Positions 21,723 to 34,515 of a stretch of DNA of 42,180 bases are shown here, piece by piece; the first letter of the stretch is position 1, and every line of letters starts with the position of its first letter. Source of the stretch: Chiloscyllium plagiosum (Eukaryota); the NCBI RefSeq assembly GCF_004010195.1, contig NC_057718.1:58122182-58164361 (forward strand), given 5' to 3'. The notes beneath the pieces are model-generated. The model was not told where the DNA came from and searched no databases. It worked only from the letters and a program-made list of their open reading frames with translations. Made by a program: the position numbers and the translations under genes.

Positions 21723-23449
21723 TAATTTAAAAGACAATATACAAATGGATATTTTTCTAGATCCAGAAGCATGAAATTGAAGACCTCCACTTGTGTTTTG
21801 TTTCTGTAGTATGAATATAAAACTCCACCACACCAGAAATCTCACCACATAGAAAGTGATCATAATTCCATCCTGAAGAAACTTACAATTTCAGTAACAT
21901 TAACAATCCACACACACCACTGAGTGACCATGTTTTTTTAAACACTGACTTACACAGAGTATACAGCATAAAAATAGTTTTTGTTTTAAATCTTCATTCA
22001 TTGGTGTGGACATTGCTGGCTCAGTCAGCATTTATTATCCATTCTAACTGCCCCAGAGATGGTGGTGGTGAGCTGCCGTCTGGAACTATTTAAAATGTAA
22101 GTACTTCCATACTGTTGTTCAGAAAGGATTTCCATGATATTGACCCAAAGAGGTGATGGAACAGTGATATTATTCCAGGATTGCATGTGACTTAGACAGG
22201 TACTTGTAAGTGGTGGGCTTTGTGAAGACAGGAAATCAGATGCTTGCAGCAGAATCCTTAGCCTCTGACCCACTCCAGTAGCCACAGTACTTATATGGCG
22301 AGTCCAGGTCAGCTGTGGCCTTTGGTAGATCTCAATCTGTTGATCGTGGGAATTCAGCAATTGTAATAACTTTGAATGTCAAAGGGTAATGCTTAGATTT
22401 TCACTTGTTAAAGATGGCCATTGCCTGGCATTGTGTGGCGTGAGTGTGACTTGCTAATTCTTAGCCCAACCCAGGATATTTTCCAGGTCTTGTTGCATTT
22501 GGACATGGATTGCTTCAATATCTAAGGAGTTGTGAATGGCGTTGAGCATTGTGCGATCTTCAGTGAATATCCCCTTTCTGACCTTCTTATGGAGGAAAAG
22601 CCATTGAGCAGCTGATGATGGTTCAGCATCAGTCATTACCCTGAAAAATTCCTGCAGAGATATCCCGGAGCTGAGACCTCCAATAGTCATAACTATCTTC
22701 CCTTGTGCACTGTGTGATTTCAATCAGAGGTTTTCCCATGATTCCCATTGACCCGAGTTTTTCTAGGCCTCCTTAATGCCATTCTTTGCCAAATGTTGCC
22801 ATGATATCAAGGCCAGTCACTTTCACTTCACCATATAATTCAGATCTTTTGTCAATGTCTGGACTAAGGCAGCAATGAGACCAGGAGCTGAGTGGTTGTG
22901 ACAGAACTCAAACTGAGCAGCAGTGAGTATGTTATTATCTTGCATGTGATGCTCAACAGCACTGTTTATGACCCCTTCCAACAGTTTATTGATAGTCAAG
23001 CGTAATTTAATAGGACAGGTTGTTTCGTCCTGCTTTCTCTGGATAAGACATACCTGGGTGTGCTTCCACATTGGTGGGTAGATGCTAGTGCAGTAGATGT
23101 ACTGGAACAACTTTGCTAGGAGCATGATTACATTTGGAGAGCAAGTTTTCAGTATTATTGCTGGAATGTTGTCAGGACCCAAAATCTTTGCCACATCCAG
23201 TGCCTGCAGCCGTTTCTCGATATGATTTGGAGTGATTCAAACTGGGTGAAGACTGGTATCTCTGATGCTGGGGATCACAAGAGGAGTCCAAGATGAACCA
23301 TCCACTTTGTACATCTGACTGAAGATAGATGCAGGTGCTGATGTGCAAAATGTGGTCCCTCATTATTTCATCAGTTGAGAGGTAGAAAGTAGGAGGTTTT
23401 CTTGCTCGTGTTTGGCCTGACATCATGTGACTTCATGAGGTCTGGTATG

Positions 23450-24821
23450 AATAGAGTCATAGAGATGTACAGCATGGAAACAGACCCTTCGGTCCAACCC
23501 ATCCATGCCAACCAGATATCCCAACCCAAACTAGTCCCACCTGCCAGCACCCGACCCATATCCCTCCAAACCTTCTTATTCATATACCCATCCAAATGCC
23601 TCTTAAATGCTGCAATTGTACCAGCCTCCACCACATCCTCTAGCAGCTCATTCCATACACGTACCACCCTCTATGTGAAAAAGTTGCCCCTTAGGTCTCT
23701 TTTATATCTTTCCCCACTCACCCTCTAGTTCTGGACTCCCTGACCCCAGGGAAAAGACTTTGTCTATTTGTCCTATCCATGCCCCTCATAATTTTGTAAA
23801 CCTCTATAAGGTCACCCTTCAGTCTCCGGCGCTCCAGGGAAAACAGCCCCAGTCTGTTCAGCCTCTCCCTATAGCTCAAATCCTCCAACCCTGGCAATAT
23901 CCTTGTAAATCTTTTCTGAACCCTTTCAAGTTTGTGAGACATGATTTCCCACGCACAAAGCCATGTTTACTAACCCTAATCAGTCCTTGCCTTTCCAAAT
24001 ATGTGTACATTCTGTCCCTCAGGATTCCCTCCAACAACGTGCCCACCACTGACGTCAGGCTCACTGGTCTATAGTTCCCTGGCTTGTCTTTACAACCCTT
24101 CTNNNNNNNNNNNNNNNNNNNNNNNNNNNNNNNNNNNNNNNNNCTTTGAGGGCCCTATTCTCTCCCTAGTTACCCTTTTGTCCTTAATAGATTTGTAAAA
24201 ACCCTTTGGATTCTCCTTAATTCTATTTGCCAAAGCTATCTCATGTCCCCTTTTTGCCCTCCTGATTTCCCTCTTAAGTATACTCCTACTTCCTTTATAC
24301 TCTTCTAAGGGTTCACTCGATCTATCCTGTCTATACCTGACATATTCTTCCTTCTTTTTCTTAGCCAAACCCTCAATTTCTCCAGTCATCCAGCATTCCC
24401 TATACCTACCAGCCTTCCCTTTCACCTTGACAGGAATATACTTTCTCTGGATTCTTTTTGTCTCATTTCTGAAGGCTTCCCATTTTCCAGCCGTCCCTTT
24501 ACCTGCGAACATCTGCCTCAAATTAGCTTACGAAAGTTCTTGCCTAATACCGTCAAAATTGGTCTTTCTCCAATTTAGAACTTCAACTTTTAGATCTGGT
24601 CTATCCTTTTCCATCACTAATTTAAAACAAATAAAATTATGGTCGCTGGCCTCAAAGTGATCCCCCACTGACACCTCAGTCACCTGCCCTGCCTTATTTC
24701 CCAAGAGTAGGTAAAGTTTTGCACCTTCTCTGGTATGTACATCCACATACTGAATCAGAAAATTGTCTTGTACACACTTAAGAAATTCCTCTCCATCTAA
24801 ACCTTTAACACTATGGCAGTT
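23450..24821 (-). mobile_element. CR1 (HER1-type) LINE with internal RT deletion and assembly gap
   Basis: (atagagtc) tail; ORFs 23718-23942, 23876-24064, 24090-24521 and 24528-24878 are CR1 ORF2 pieces. At ~23933 GKSCLTN jumps directly to KLERVQ, so the RT core is deleted. Confidence 0.9.
24103..24143. other. Assembly gap (41 N)
   Basis: Run of n. Confidence 1.
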
Positions 24822-24878
24822 CCATGTTGAGGATTTTAATGCCAACTTCCTCCCAACTGTATACCACTGTGTCACCAT

Positions 24879-25437
24879 TGTGATGATGCTGCTCCTTTAC
24901 CAAGGTTATGTTGTCCTTGGTGTTTCTTTTTCAGAGGGATTGTAAAGACAGAGTTTCCAATATGTCTGGGTTTATCTCCTTGAAGAAGCTTTTAAGTGTT
25001 ATTTTAAAACACTTGTACAATGAAAGGGGATTGGCCAGTTCTTCCAGTTCAGGATTTGGTTTGGTTTGGTTTGATTTTAGCAAGCTGGTCAAAGAAACAG
25101 CTCCATTCTCATCCCCTCTCTCTCTCTCTCTCTTTCTGCAATCTCTCTCCTGTAAGAACCTGTATTTGAATTTACCTTTTTGCCAAGGGGTGTATTATGG
25201 GATGTGGCAAATATTTGGAACAGCATCATTAAGTTGCAATAGAATCAATTGTGTTTTCAAAAAGTTATGTTATTTTAAATTTGGTTCTCTTTTGTTTGTG
25301 TATAAATAAATTCTGTTTTGTTTAAAACTGAGTGATTGGGTCAGCTGCATCACTCCTAGAATATCCACCTGCTTAAAGCAACTAGAAAAGTTAGGATTTG
25401 GGCTGCCTTCTTGAAATGTTTTGAGGGGTCCATAACC
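24879..25437 (+). mobile_element. Solo LTR related to the Gmr1-like LTRs
   Basis: Starts tgtgatgatgctg...caaggtta. Ends tcagctgcatcactcctagaatatccac...aaatgttttgaggggtccataac, matching the reverse complement of 2994-3110. Flanks ccat / ctat. The host LINE rejoins across it. Confidence 0.8.
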
Positions 25438-25949
25438 CTATCCCAGGTGGGTCAGTCCTACTGGGGTAGAACATATCCAGGTCTGGTGATAGTAGTCTCT
25501 GGGACATTTTCTGTAAAGAATGGTTCTGTTACAATGACTAAGTTGACTAATTTGGGAGATAGATCTCTCAATTTTGGCCCAAGGCCTACCATTTTTAGTA
25601 AAGAGGAATGTGTGCTGTTAATAGGATTGGTTTCATTGTTGTTGTCTCTGGTGTCTGGATCAATGATGGGTATTCTGCCCAGTTTTATTCATTTTATGAA
25701 ACTTTGGAGTGATTAGGTACAACAAAGTATCTTACTAAGCTGTTAAGGGTCAATCAATTGTTGTAAATCATTTTAGACCAGACCAGATAAGGTCAGCAGA
25801 TTTCCTTCCTTAAAGGGGATTAGTGAACCAGATAGGTTTTTGCAACAATTGACTAAGGTTACATGGACCATCAGACTGCCATTCAATTCCTGAATTTAAA
25901 TGTCAGTATCAGTAAGGGTGGGATATCAGAACATGAGCAATGGGCTCAA

Positions 25950-26278
25950 TTAGATTAGATTAGATTCTCTACAGTGTGGAAACAGGCCCTTTGGCCCAAC
26001 AAGTCCACACCGACCTTCCAAAGAGAAACCTACCCAAACCCATTCCCCTACCCTATATTTACCCCTGACTAACACACCTAACACTATGGACAATTTAGCA
26101 TATGGCCAATTCACCTGACCTGCACATCTTTGGATTGTGGGAGGAAACCGGAGCACCCGGAGGAAACCCACGCAGACACAGGGAGAATGTGCAAACTCCA
26201 CACAGACAGGCGGGAATCAAACCCAGGACCCTGGTGCTGTGAGGCAGCAGTGCTAACCACTGAGCCACCGTGCTGCCC
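25950..26278 (-). mobile_element. Full-length HE1-type tRNA-derived SINE
   Basis: Minus strand gggcagcacggtggctcagtggttagc (A box), gggtttgattccc (B box), CR1-like 3' end and (tctaa)n tail. Confidence 0.93.
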
Positions 26279-28577
26279 ATTACTCGCATAATTGTCACCA
26301 CTTTTCAAACTATACACAATACCCTTTTAAAATTGTGCATATTTTGATGGATTTTACAGTAAATTTGTAGAAAATCCAGAAAACTATTCACTGAATATTA
26401 ATCTTGGGCATTGACATTATTTCAGGTAGCTTTTCAGCAAGTGGGTTTGATCAGTTTCAGCTAGTTTGCAGTTACTTCAGTTAATTTTATGTACAATACT
26501 GATTAGACATAAATCCACATTTCAATGTCCCTTTCTGGGTAAATATTTACTGTCTTTGCACAGCCAAGGTGTAGCTGTCCAGACACAATGGTGTCTTATA
26601 GTCATGGATTGGACATTTAACTTTTTGTTAAATTAAAGTCTTGTGTTTTTGAAATTGTCTCTCTTCTTGTTGCCATTTTGGAGTATTATTTAAATCAGTG
26701 TAACTTTAAACACCAGTAATCCTATCAATTACTGACTTTGTTCATTTTGCATGATTTAAGTGATACTGTAAGGTAGATATTGAACCTGGGAAATCTAGGA
26801 GAGCGAATGTGTTTGAAACTGTGGTGGAATGTTTTACATTGAATAAAATGTCCCGACAGTGTTAAACATTATAACCTGATTGCTTTCCACCAGGTTTCTT
26901 TCCTCTATAAGTGTTTGAACTCTGGATCGTGGAAACTAATTATTTCTTAATATTATCCATCCATTTAATAAAGTGTTTCCCACATGCACAATGCAAGTGT
27001 CCATTATCACAAGGATTGGAGAATGCTGTGTGCCTTCTGTGGTAATTCAATCCTCAACAGAAACCACTAACTTCAAAATTTCTGAACAGGGTTTCTTATA
27101 CAACTTTTTAAAAATTCACACATTGGGAATTTATAAAGATTTACAAGAGTAATCAGTTTTTAAAATGGCAATAGACTTCAAAGCACATACCTACATGAAA
27201 AACTTAACCATGTTGATTTATTATTTAATTTATTGTTGCAGTGTAGAAATACCAGAATCGATTTTTAAAAGAACACAGCTTTCAGAATAAATTACTGGTT
27301 TATCATTTTAACAGCATTGCCTTAGCATGATTCAGGGCAAACTGATTCTGATTATTGCATTATTTATAAAAAACACTTGGCGGTTTCTTGCCACTTATTA
27401 TCTGTTTGGGTGAGAAATGGATGTCTTTTTACTTTGTATGTGTTGCCCATAAATGTTCAACATGAATTGCCAACTGCTTTCTTCTATGAAGCTGGGAATG
27501 TATATCTATTTTTAGTCATCGCTTACAATTTTCCACAGTCCACATTTTTGCAGTCACAAAATATCAACTTAGAGCTGGACTCATCATTAACTTTTCATGA
27601 TCAAATAAATTCGCTGTACCTCAAATGCATAAAACAATGCCAGAAAACACAAACCAGCACATTTACTGGGAAGCTGAGGGCCCTGTGAGTCATAAAGTTC
27701 CTGAGTCTGAATACAACTTTTAATGACTTAAACAAGCTCTCAATTCTTTGGTAAGATGATGAAAACTTGGAAATTTCACTATAATATGGATGGATGTGAA
27801 TTGGAATAATGGACAGGAATCTGGTACAAACAAGTTGAATATTTGTAACATCACACAGTTTAATATTCAAGATTAAAGTTGTTCAGTTAACCATTGCTAG
27901 ATCTCCCTGATGGTTGTAGACTTATGTAAGAATAGTTAGTTAACTAGGTCCATTTACTTCTTCACTCTGTTGTGAAGATTGTCTCTGCTGACTCTTCTTC
28001 TGTCTCTTTAAGATGGGAGGAACTGAATCTCTGAGCTGTTAAACTCATTGAGTGCCTAATTTTCACTTTTCTTATTGGGCAAGATGCAGGAGATTGTTTA
28101 ACACCTTTTTAGATATTCTTTTCTACTGAAGTTGAATGGTTGACTGATTCACGACTATCCATTTCCCATCCAGTTCTAAAAGTACGGATTGCCCCAACCT
28201 GTGCTATGCCACTGGGGGCTTGTGGAATAGAAGCTGCCAGGTGATAGGATCTGAATGGAGATGGATTATTTGTCACCACACACCCCGTCCCCAGCCCCCA
28301 ATCTCACAGCCTCGCTACCTTGTATCTGGAGATTTCATCAATATTTCACCAGTAATTCACCATCCACCCCAACCCTAGTCTGAAGGCTTCCCCAACACTA
28401 CCAGCTCTGATGCAAATGCATTTTCAAATTTTTTACCATGAATTGGTTACTTTGTTCAATCTCTGTATTTAGAATTTGATGTATTTTCTGTCATCTTTCT
28501 TGAGCTCGCCCCATTGGTCCTTATCTTCTGTCTTCCTTTTGACTGATTCTGTTTTGACATTTTTTTGTGATTTACCT

Positions 28578-28897
28578 ACATGATGGCTCAATGGTTGGCA
28601 TTGCTACCTCACAGCACTAGGGGCCCAGGTTCAATTCCATGCGACAATCTGTGTGGAGTTTGCACATTGTCCCCATGTCTGTGTGCGTTTGCTCTGATTT
28701 CCTCACACAGTCCAGGTTAGTTTAGGTGGATTGGCCATGCTAAAATTGTCCACAGTATCCAGGGATTTGCAGGTTAGGTGGGTTAACTAGGGGAAATGTA
28801 GGGTTACAGGAATGGGTGAGTCTGGGTGGGATGCTCTAGGAGGGTTGGTGTGGACTTGATGGGCTGGATGGCCTGTTTTCACTTTGTAGACATTCTA
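28578..28897 (+). mobile_element. Older HE1-type SINE
   Basis: tggctcaatggtt (A box), ggttcaattcc (B box), tgtgtggagtttgcaca body, tggcctgttttcac end. Confidence 0.85.
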
Positions 28898-29059
28898 AAA
28901 AAATAGTCTTTAAAAGAGCTTGTCTACATTTCTCTTTTGGATGTCAGTAACTTTGATCAGTTTGGTATTACTAGCTGTTATATTTTACTTTTGATTGTTC
29001 AGTTCAATTCAACAGTATCATTGCAATGAACAACTATAGATGTAATCAGCAACTTGATG

Positions 29060-30320
29060 TAAGTGCTCTTGATATCAAGGCTGTATTTGACTGAGTACAG
29101 GATAAAATAACTCTAGCAAAGCTAACCTCAGTGGGTATCATGAGGGGAACTCTCTGCCATTTAGAGTGATTCCTAGCACAAAGGAAGATGGTCATGGTTG
29201 TTGGAGGTCAGTCATCCCAGCTCCAGGACATCTCTGCAGGAGTTCCTCAGGGCAACATTCCCTCTAGGTTGCATGTGCATGCAGCTGTTTAGTGTGTCAC
29301 GCATGGTGGGTGGTGTCAGCATGCTGATTGTGGCACTGAGCTCAGGTTTTGGAAGTCGCTGCTGTGTATGGGCCTTGAAGGCCAACACAGCCTGTAGGAC
29401 AATTAGAGAGTACGCTGCCTCAGGGTGGTTTTCTAGGCCCAACAATTTTAAGCTGCTTCATCAGTGACCTTCCCTACATCATAAGGTCAGAAGTGCGGAT
29501 GTTCGCTGATGACTGTATAATGTTCAGTACCATTCCCAACTCCTCAGATATCAATTTAGTCCATGCCCAAATGCAGCAAGATTTGGACAAAGTTCAAGTT
29601 TTGGCTGAAAAGTGGCAAATAACATTCACACCACATAATTGCCTGGAAATGACGATCTCCAAAAAGAAAATCACTGAATCGCTTACTATTGACATCCTCA
29701 GGTTGACCAGAAACTCAACTGGACTCACTACATAAGCACAGTGGTTCCAAGGGCAGGTCAGAGGCTGGGAACACTGCAGTGAGTAACTCACCTCCTGATT
29801 CCCCAAAGAAGGTCCACCATTGGCAAAGTACAAGTCAGGAGTGTGATGGGAGTATTCCCCACTTGCCTGATGGGTACAGCTCCAATAACACTCAAGGAAC
29901 TTGACATGATCCTGGACATAGCAGCCCACAAAACACCTCCATCAACATTCAGTCCCTCAACCATGATGTTAAGTAACAGCGGTGAGTACAATCTATAAGG
30001 TGCATTGCAGAAATTTACTTGAGGCTTCTTAGACATTACCTTATAAATTCATGAGCAAATCCATCTAGAAGGACAAGGGAAGCAGATACAGGGGAACACC
30101 ACCATGTGCAAGTTCCTCTCAAAGCCACTCACCATCCTGACTTGGAAATACATCATCATTCCTCCAGTGTTGGCAGGTTTCTACTCTGGGACTCCGTCCA
30201 TGCTAGCACTGAGCAAGAAGGCAGACCACAATCACCTTCTCAATAGTAGCTATGGATGGGCAATAAATGCTGGCCCAGCCAGCAATGCCCATGACCAATG
30301 TCCCATGAATGAATCAAATA
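29060..30320 (+). mobile_element. Second-family LINE 3' half (RT to tail)
   Basis: ALDIKAVFD (29064-29090), GVPQG, ORF 29493-29735 RMFADDC; tail gggcaataaatgctggcccagccagc. Confidence 0.85.
29253..29417. mobile_element. 165-bp hAT-type MITE
   Basis: Perfect 8-bp TSD cctcaggg (29245-29252, 29418-29425). Degenerate 15-bp TIRs caacattccctctag vs cagcgtactctctaa (reverse complement of right end). Interrupts the GVPQG-S-VLGP codons. Confidence 0.85.
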
Positions 30321-32721
30321 ATAGTAAGTATTGCATACATCCAGTTTCAACACAACAAACAATGCTCTGCACTCACAGCCTTGTTGTTAACCCTTCCTTC
30401 ACAACCCCTTCTCTAATCCATTTCTCTATTCCCAAGGTTCGCAATGTCTTTGAACAATAACACTGTAATCCATTTTTCAAAATCACATCGTATCACTCTG
30501 TAAATCAAGGTCATTCCTGACTTCTTCAGTTCTGTAAATGGCCTGAACAATATACATTGGAAGTGTGTGGGATAAAGTTCTGCAACAACTTCCACCTCTT
30601 TCCTGGTTATTTGCTGATTAACCAATACGTTGGCACTGAAAGAGTTTCATGTGAATGTCATGTGTTCATGGTACTTGAGCCATATATCGTTAGGAAACTG
30701 TTCACAACAGTAATTCCAATACATTTTCTCTGAAACCTGAACAACATCAACATGTAATAAGAATGTGTAACTGTTATATAAGTGCTTCACAACTACCAAT
30801 ATTTAATAAGAGCAGTACGTTTATTTTGATGCATTAAAATTCTTTTACATCAGCAGAGCACAAATGATGCATTTTGGTCCAAATGCCAGGAAAATATTTG
30901 CTCCTCCAGCCTTGCAAATTGAATTTATCAAGTGAATAGACATGGCATGAGCCTTTGTAATAGTGCTATTTTCTATATACTTCATGGAACGTTTAGCAAA
31001 CAGTGAGCTTTAAATGTTTGCTTCAAGGCTTTCAATTGAAATGAGTGCCACAGAATTGGTTGTATGCTATACTGAAAGCCTCACATTTGCGCTTACCACT
31101 TAATTTACAAAACCTCAAGGAGCAGAAAACGTAATTGTACCTTAAAATATCCATTTCCTTTTGTTAGTCCACGCAGGCACTGCTTTCAAGGAACTCCTTG
31201 GTTGGTACTACTGGAGCAATGATGTAATGCACTATTTGTTCTAGACTTCAGTTACAAAGGGGAGAAAAAGTAAGAGAAATAAGAAACTGAATAGAAGAAG
31301 GATTAGGTAAGTAAAACCAAAAGCAATAGAAAGGAGTAATAGAGGCCTTTTTCACAGAAGTTAGTTTCACAGCCATTATTTTGATGTTGCAATGATCGCC
31401 AAGGAACAAGAAGAAACAAAAGAACTTGGTAGTGAGTAAGGAAATGGACTATAAAGAGGGTAAGTAGGATAAATGGATAGAAAGAGGATAAATGGATTGG
31501 AAAGAGGCAGAGAACCCTGCTTGTAGTAGAAGAGTATCCCCAGTTGTTCTGCGGATGGTCTCCAAGATAACTAGCTTGGCAGAAATAGACTCTATATCTG
31601 AAGATAACTGAGAAATAGCCTGTTTGAATAAAATTTACTAAAAATTTGATGTATCTACAATTCTACATTTTTAAGGCACAATTCTTAATTGAAAAATACA
31701 GAGGTCATTCTTTCAAAATAGTTAAATGATTAGCAGAGTGTATGCTTCCATGCTCCAAACCAAAGTAATGTAATAGACAGTTTGATGTTTTACTGAGATT
31801 GCTCTTTAAAACAATGCAGGAAGTTTTAAAGAATATGTTAAATACCAAAAAACAGGAAAGCTCAGTGTTATGAAGGGTAAAGCAGACAAAAACTTTTGGT
31901 ATCTACACACATGCAGTTAAGTGTGGAAATCTTGAAGTTATTGCTAATGAGACCCTGCCTCTCCATGGTATGCACTGTTCCAGTCTTCACTGATGGAATG
32001 TACAGAGTGAACAATTTACGCTAGTGACCAATTGTTTTCATCTTGGAGTGGAGTTTTTAGCAGTGTAGTATGTGCTAGGTACTGATGGATAGCCTCACTG
32101 GTACTGAAAAAGTAAGTTCATTATCACCATTCCATTAGAAGAAAATAAATGTTGCCTTTTTTTAAAACAAATACAGCATTTTTATGGTTTTCTTCTGGTT
32201 TTAGCTAATGTTTTCCCTATAATATCACATGTACACCCAAACCTTTGTTTCAGTTCCTGAATACAGTTATAATTTTTAAAAAAATGTTGTTGCAACATGT
32301 TTGTCACAGTGAAGAAATTTTAATTTGGTTGTTGCTTTCCCTGCTACTGGAAACTACACAGATCAAATATGTGGCACTGAATTCACACAGATATGAAATG
32401 ACTGCGGTCTCCACTAGAAAGCCCACTAAATGCATGTGGGAGCTGCATACAAGGTAAATAAGGAAAGCTATCCTATCATTAATCACAATAAAATACAGGC
32501 CAAAGAACTATTTGTTGCAGTAGAAGTGCATTTTATATGAAAGCACAGGTCTCTACTGTGTTCCCTTTATCTCCTATGCCAATTTACCCCTGTCTCAGAT
32601 TATCCTGAGGTTATTAGCTTGGAGCTCAGCATGTTAGTTCATCTCCTAACTGTTCAATATATTTCAGTAAAACATTCTGGAAGTTGCTTTTTTTCTGGTG
32701 GTACATTATTCACAGCCAACT

Positions 32722-34020
32722 TTAAACTTCATGCAAATCAAATTGGCAAAGGTAGCTGTGAGGAAGAATTAATTGATTGTATTTGGAATAATTTCCTTGA
32801 ACAATATGTTATGGAACCCCAACCAGGGGTCAGGCTATTTTAGATCTGGTCATGTGTAATGAGGCAAGTTTAAGAAATTATTTGAGAATAAAAGATCCAC
32901 GAGGGAACAGTGACCATAACGTGGTAGAATTTAGTTTCAGTTTGAGCGTGAGTAACCTGGTCAGAAACAACTGTGCTAAAGTTAACTAAGGGTAATTATA
33001 TGGGAGTGAGGGCAGAGTTCATTACAGTGAACTAGGAAAGCAGCAAAGATGTTCAATGCACAATGTTTAAAAAATATATAGTTCATAACTATAGCAAAGA
33101 TGTATCCAAGTGAGGAAGGAGTATTCCAGTAAGGGAATAAACAAAACCGATCATGGTTACTCATGAAATTAAGGACAATATCAAATTTAAAGAAAAAAAC
33201 ATATAATGTAGCAAATATTAGTGGTCAATCAAAGGATTGTAAAGTTTTAGAAGTCAACTAAAGATGATCAACAATAAGAGGGAGAAAATAAACTAAAACG
33301 GCAAACTAGCAAGTAGCAAACAAGACACAGTAAGAGATTAGTTAAATATATGGAAACAAAGAGAGAGGCAACAGTGAACATGGATTCCATAGAGAATGAG
33401 GACAGGGAAATAATAATGGGGAACCAAGAATTGGCAGAAGAGTTAACAAATACTTTAAGAAATAGCTGCAGGACGAGGCAATTCAGCCCCTTGAGCCTGG
33501 TCTGCAGAAGTGTGAGGGGGGAATTCTATGTTGGCAGGTCTCTGTGCCAATTGGGGAAAACAGCTAAGATGGTAATCGCTCTTTGTCTTTCTCTTCTGAC
33601 CTTGCTAGCATACCACCACCACCATTATTAATAACATTCCAAAAGCACTAAGTAAGCAAGGGGACACTTTACTGAAACTTGTAAGGTTCTAGAAGACTTG
33701 ACAGGATAGATGCAGGGAGGTTGTTTCTCCTTATGGAAGAGTCGCGGGCATAATTTTAGAGTAAGGAGTTGCCCATTGAAGACAGAGATAAGGGGAAACT
33801 TTTTCTCTCAGAGGATGGTAAATTTTGAGAATTCTTTACCACAGATGACTGTCAAAGTATGTTTGTTAAGTATTTTCAAGGCTAAGACAGGTAGATTCTA
33901 ATCTGTAAGATAATCAACAGTAGGGCAATAAGGCAGGAAAATGGCAGATTAGTCACAATATCATCGGACTTGATTGTCCAAATGACCTATGTCTGCTCCT
34001 ACATCTTTCATTCATATGAA
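32722..34020 (+). mobile_element. Old CR1 with large internal deletion and an inverted templated insert
   Basis: EEELIDCIWNNFLEQYVMEP (EN end); ENEDREIIMGNQELAEEL (tether); ORF 33710-33901 SRGHNFRVR..KTEIRGNFFSQRMVN (ORF2 end). Confidence 0.8.
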
Positions 34021-34515
34021 TTCTTAAAGGTGCTATCACCTTCTAAGATCTGGAGTTAGATTTCATGCTGGATGGATTACTTGGCTTCAGAACTTGCCAA
34101 CATGAGTTTCTGTGGCAATGATATGTTATCACTGGCCTTCATTAGAGCAAAGGAGGCCTTCCACCTCTCAGCCAGCGGCTCTGTAATCCAAGCAACCCCA
34201 GCAGAGAGTAATGGCACTGTTGGATTACAACCAGTCCACACAAAGAAGTGAAGATGTTCCTAGATTTCAGGTACTCAGGAGGTTTTGAACAGCCACAGCT
34301 GGGAGAGCATGATGAGGCTGGTGGAGTTGGGAGCTGCTGGTGATGGTGGTGGTGGTGGTATGCTAGCAAGGTCAGAAGAGTAAGACAAAGAGCGATTACC
34401 ATCTTGGCTGTTTTCCCCAATTGGCACAAAGACCTGCCAACATAGATTTCCCCCCTCACACTTCTGCAGACCAGGCTCAAGGGGCTGAATTGCCTCGTCC
34501 TGCAGCTATTTCTTA
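33456..34515. repeat. 169-bp inverted repeat pair (33456-33624 and ~34347-34515)
   Basis: Four substitutions by hand alignment. The same peptide appears in ORFs 33350-33631 (+) and 34142-34480 (-). Confidence 0.95.

Larger units (their letters stand above)
21990..25925 (-). mobile_element. Second-family LINE, head to tail, with internal deletions; host of a CR1 and a solo LTR
   Basis: Tail at ~21994-22085. RT ORF 22823-23194 GPDNIPAIILKTC...AQFEF...SAPGLIAALVQ. EN pieces at 23390-23449, 24822-24878 and 25438-25610 rejoin across the insertions. Head at 25720-25925. Confidence 0.75.

Noticed and set aside
26200..26278. tRNA gene
   Set aside because: A and B boxes belong to the HE1 SINE head, continuous with SINE body and tail; the same applies to ~19140-19203 and ~28580-28640.
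27377..27870. ORFs in the unique island as host exons
   Set aside because: No recognisable domain, non-ATG starts, and lengths expected by chance.
31467..31508. Short tandem duplication ggataaatggat..gaaagag
   Set aside because: Ordinary slippage repeat; likewise tccttatccaa twice at ~12503-12524.
33350..34480. Paralogous secreted peptides with poly-His (signal-peptide-like hydrophobic stretch)
   Set aside because: Both ORFs arise from the 169-bp inverted duplication and a (cac)n microsatellite; one is fused to CR1 sequence and there are no gene signals.
33456..34515. DNA transposon with 169-bp TIRs
   Set aside because: No TSD; the CR1 continues across the left copy, and the right copy is continuous with its own flanks.
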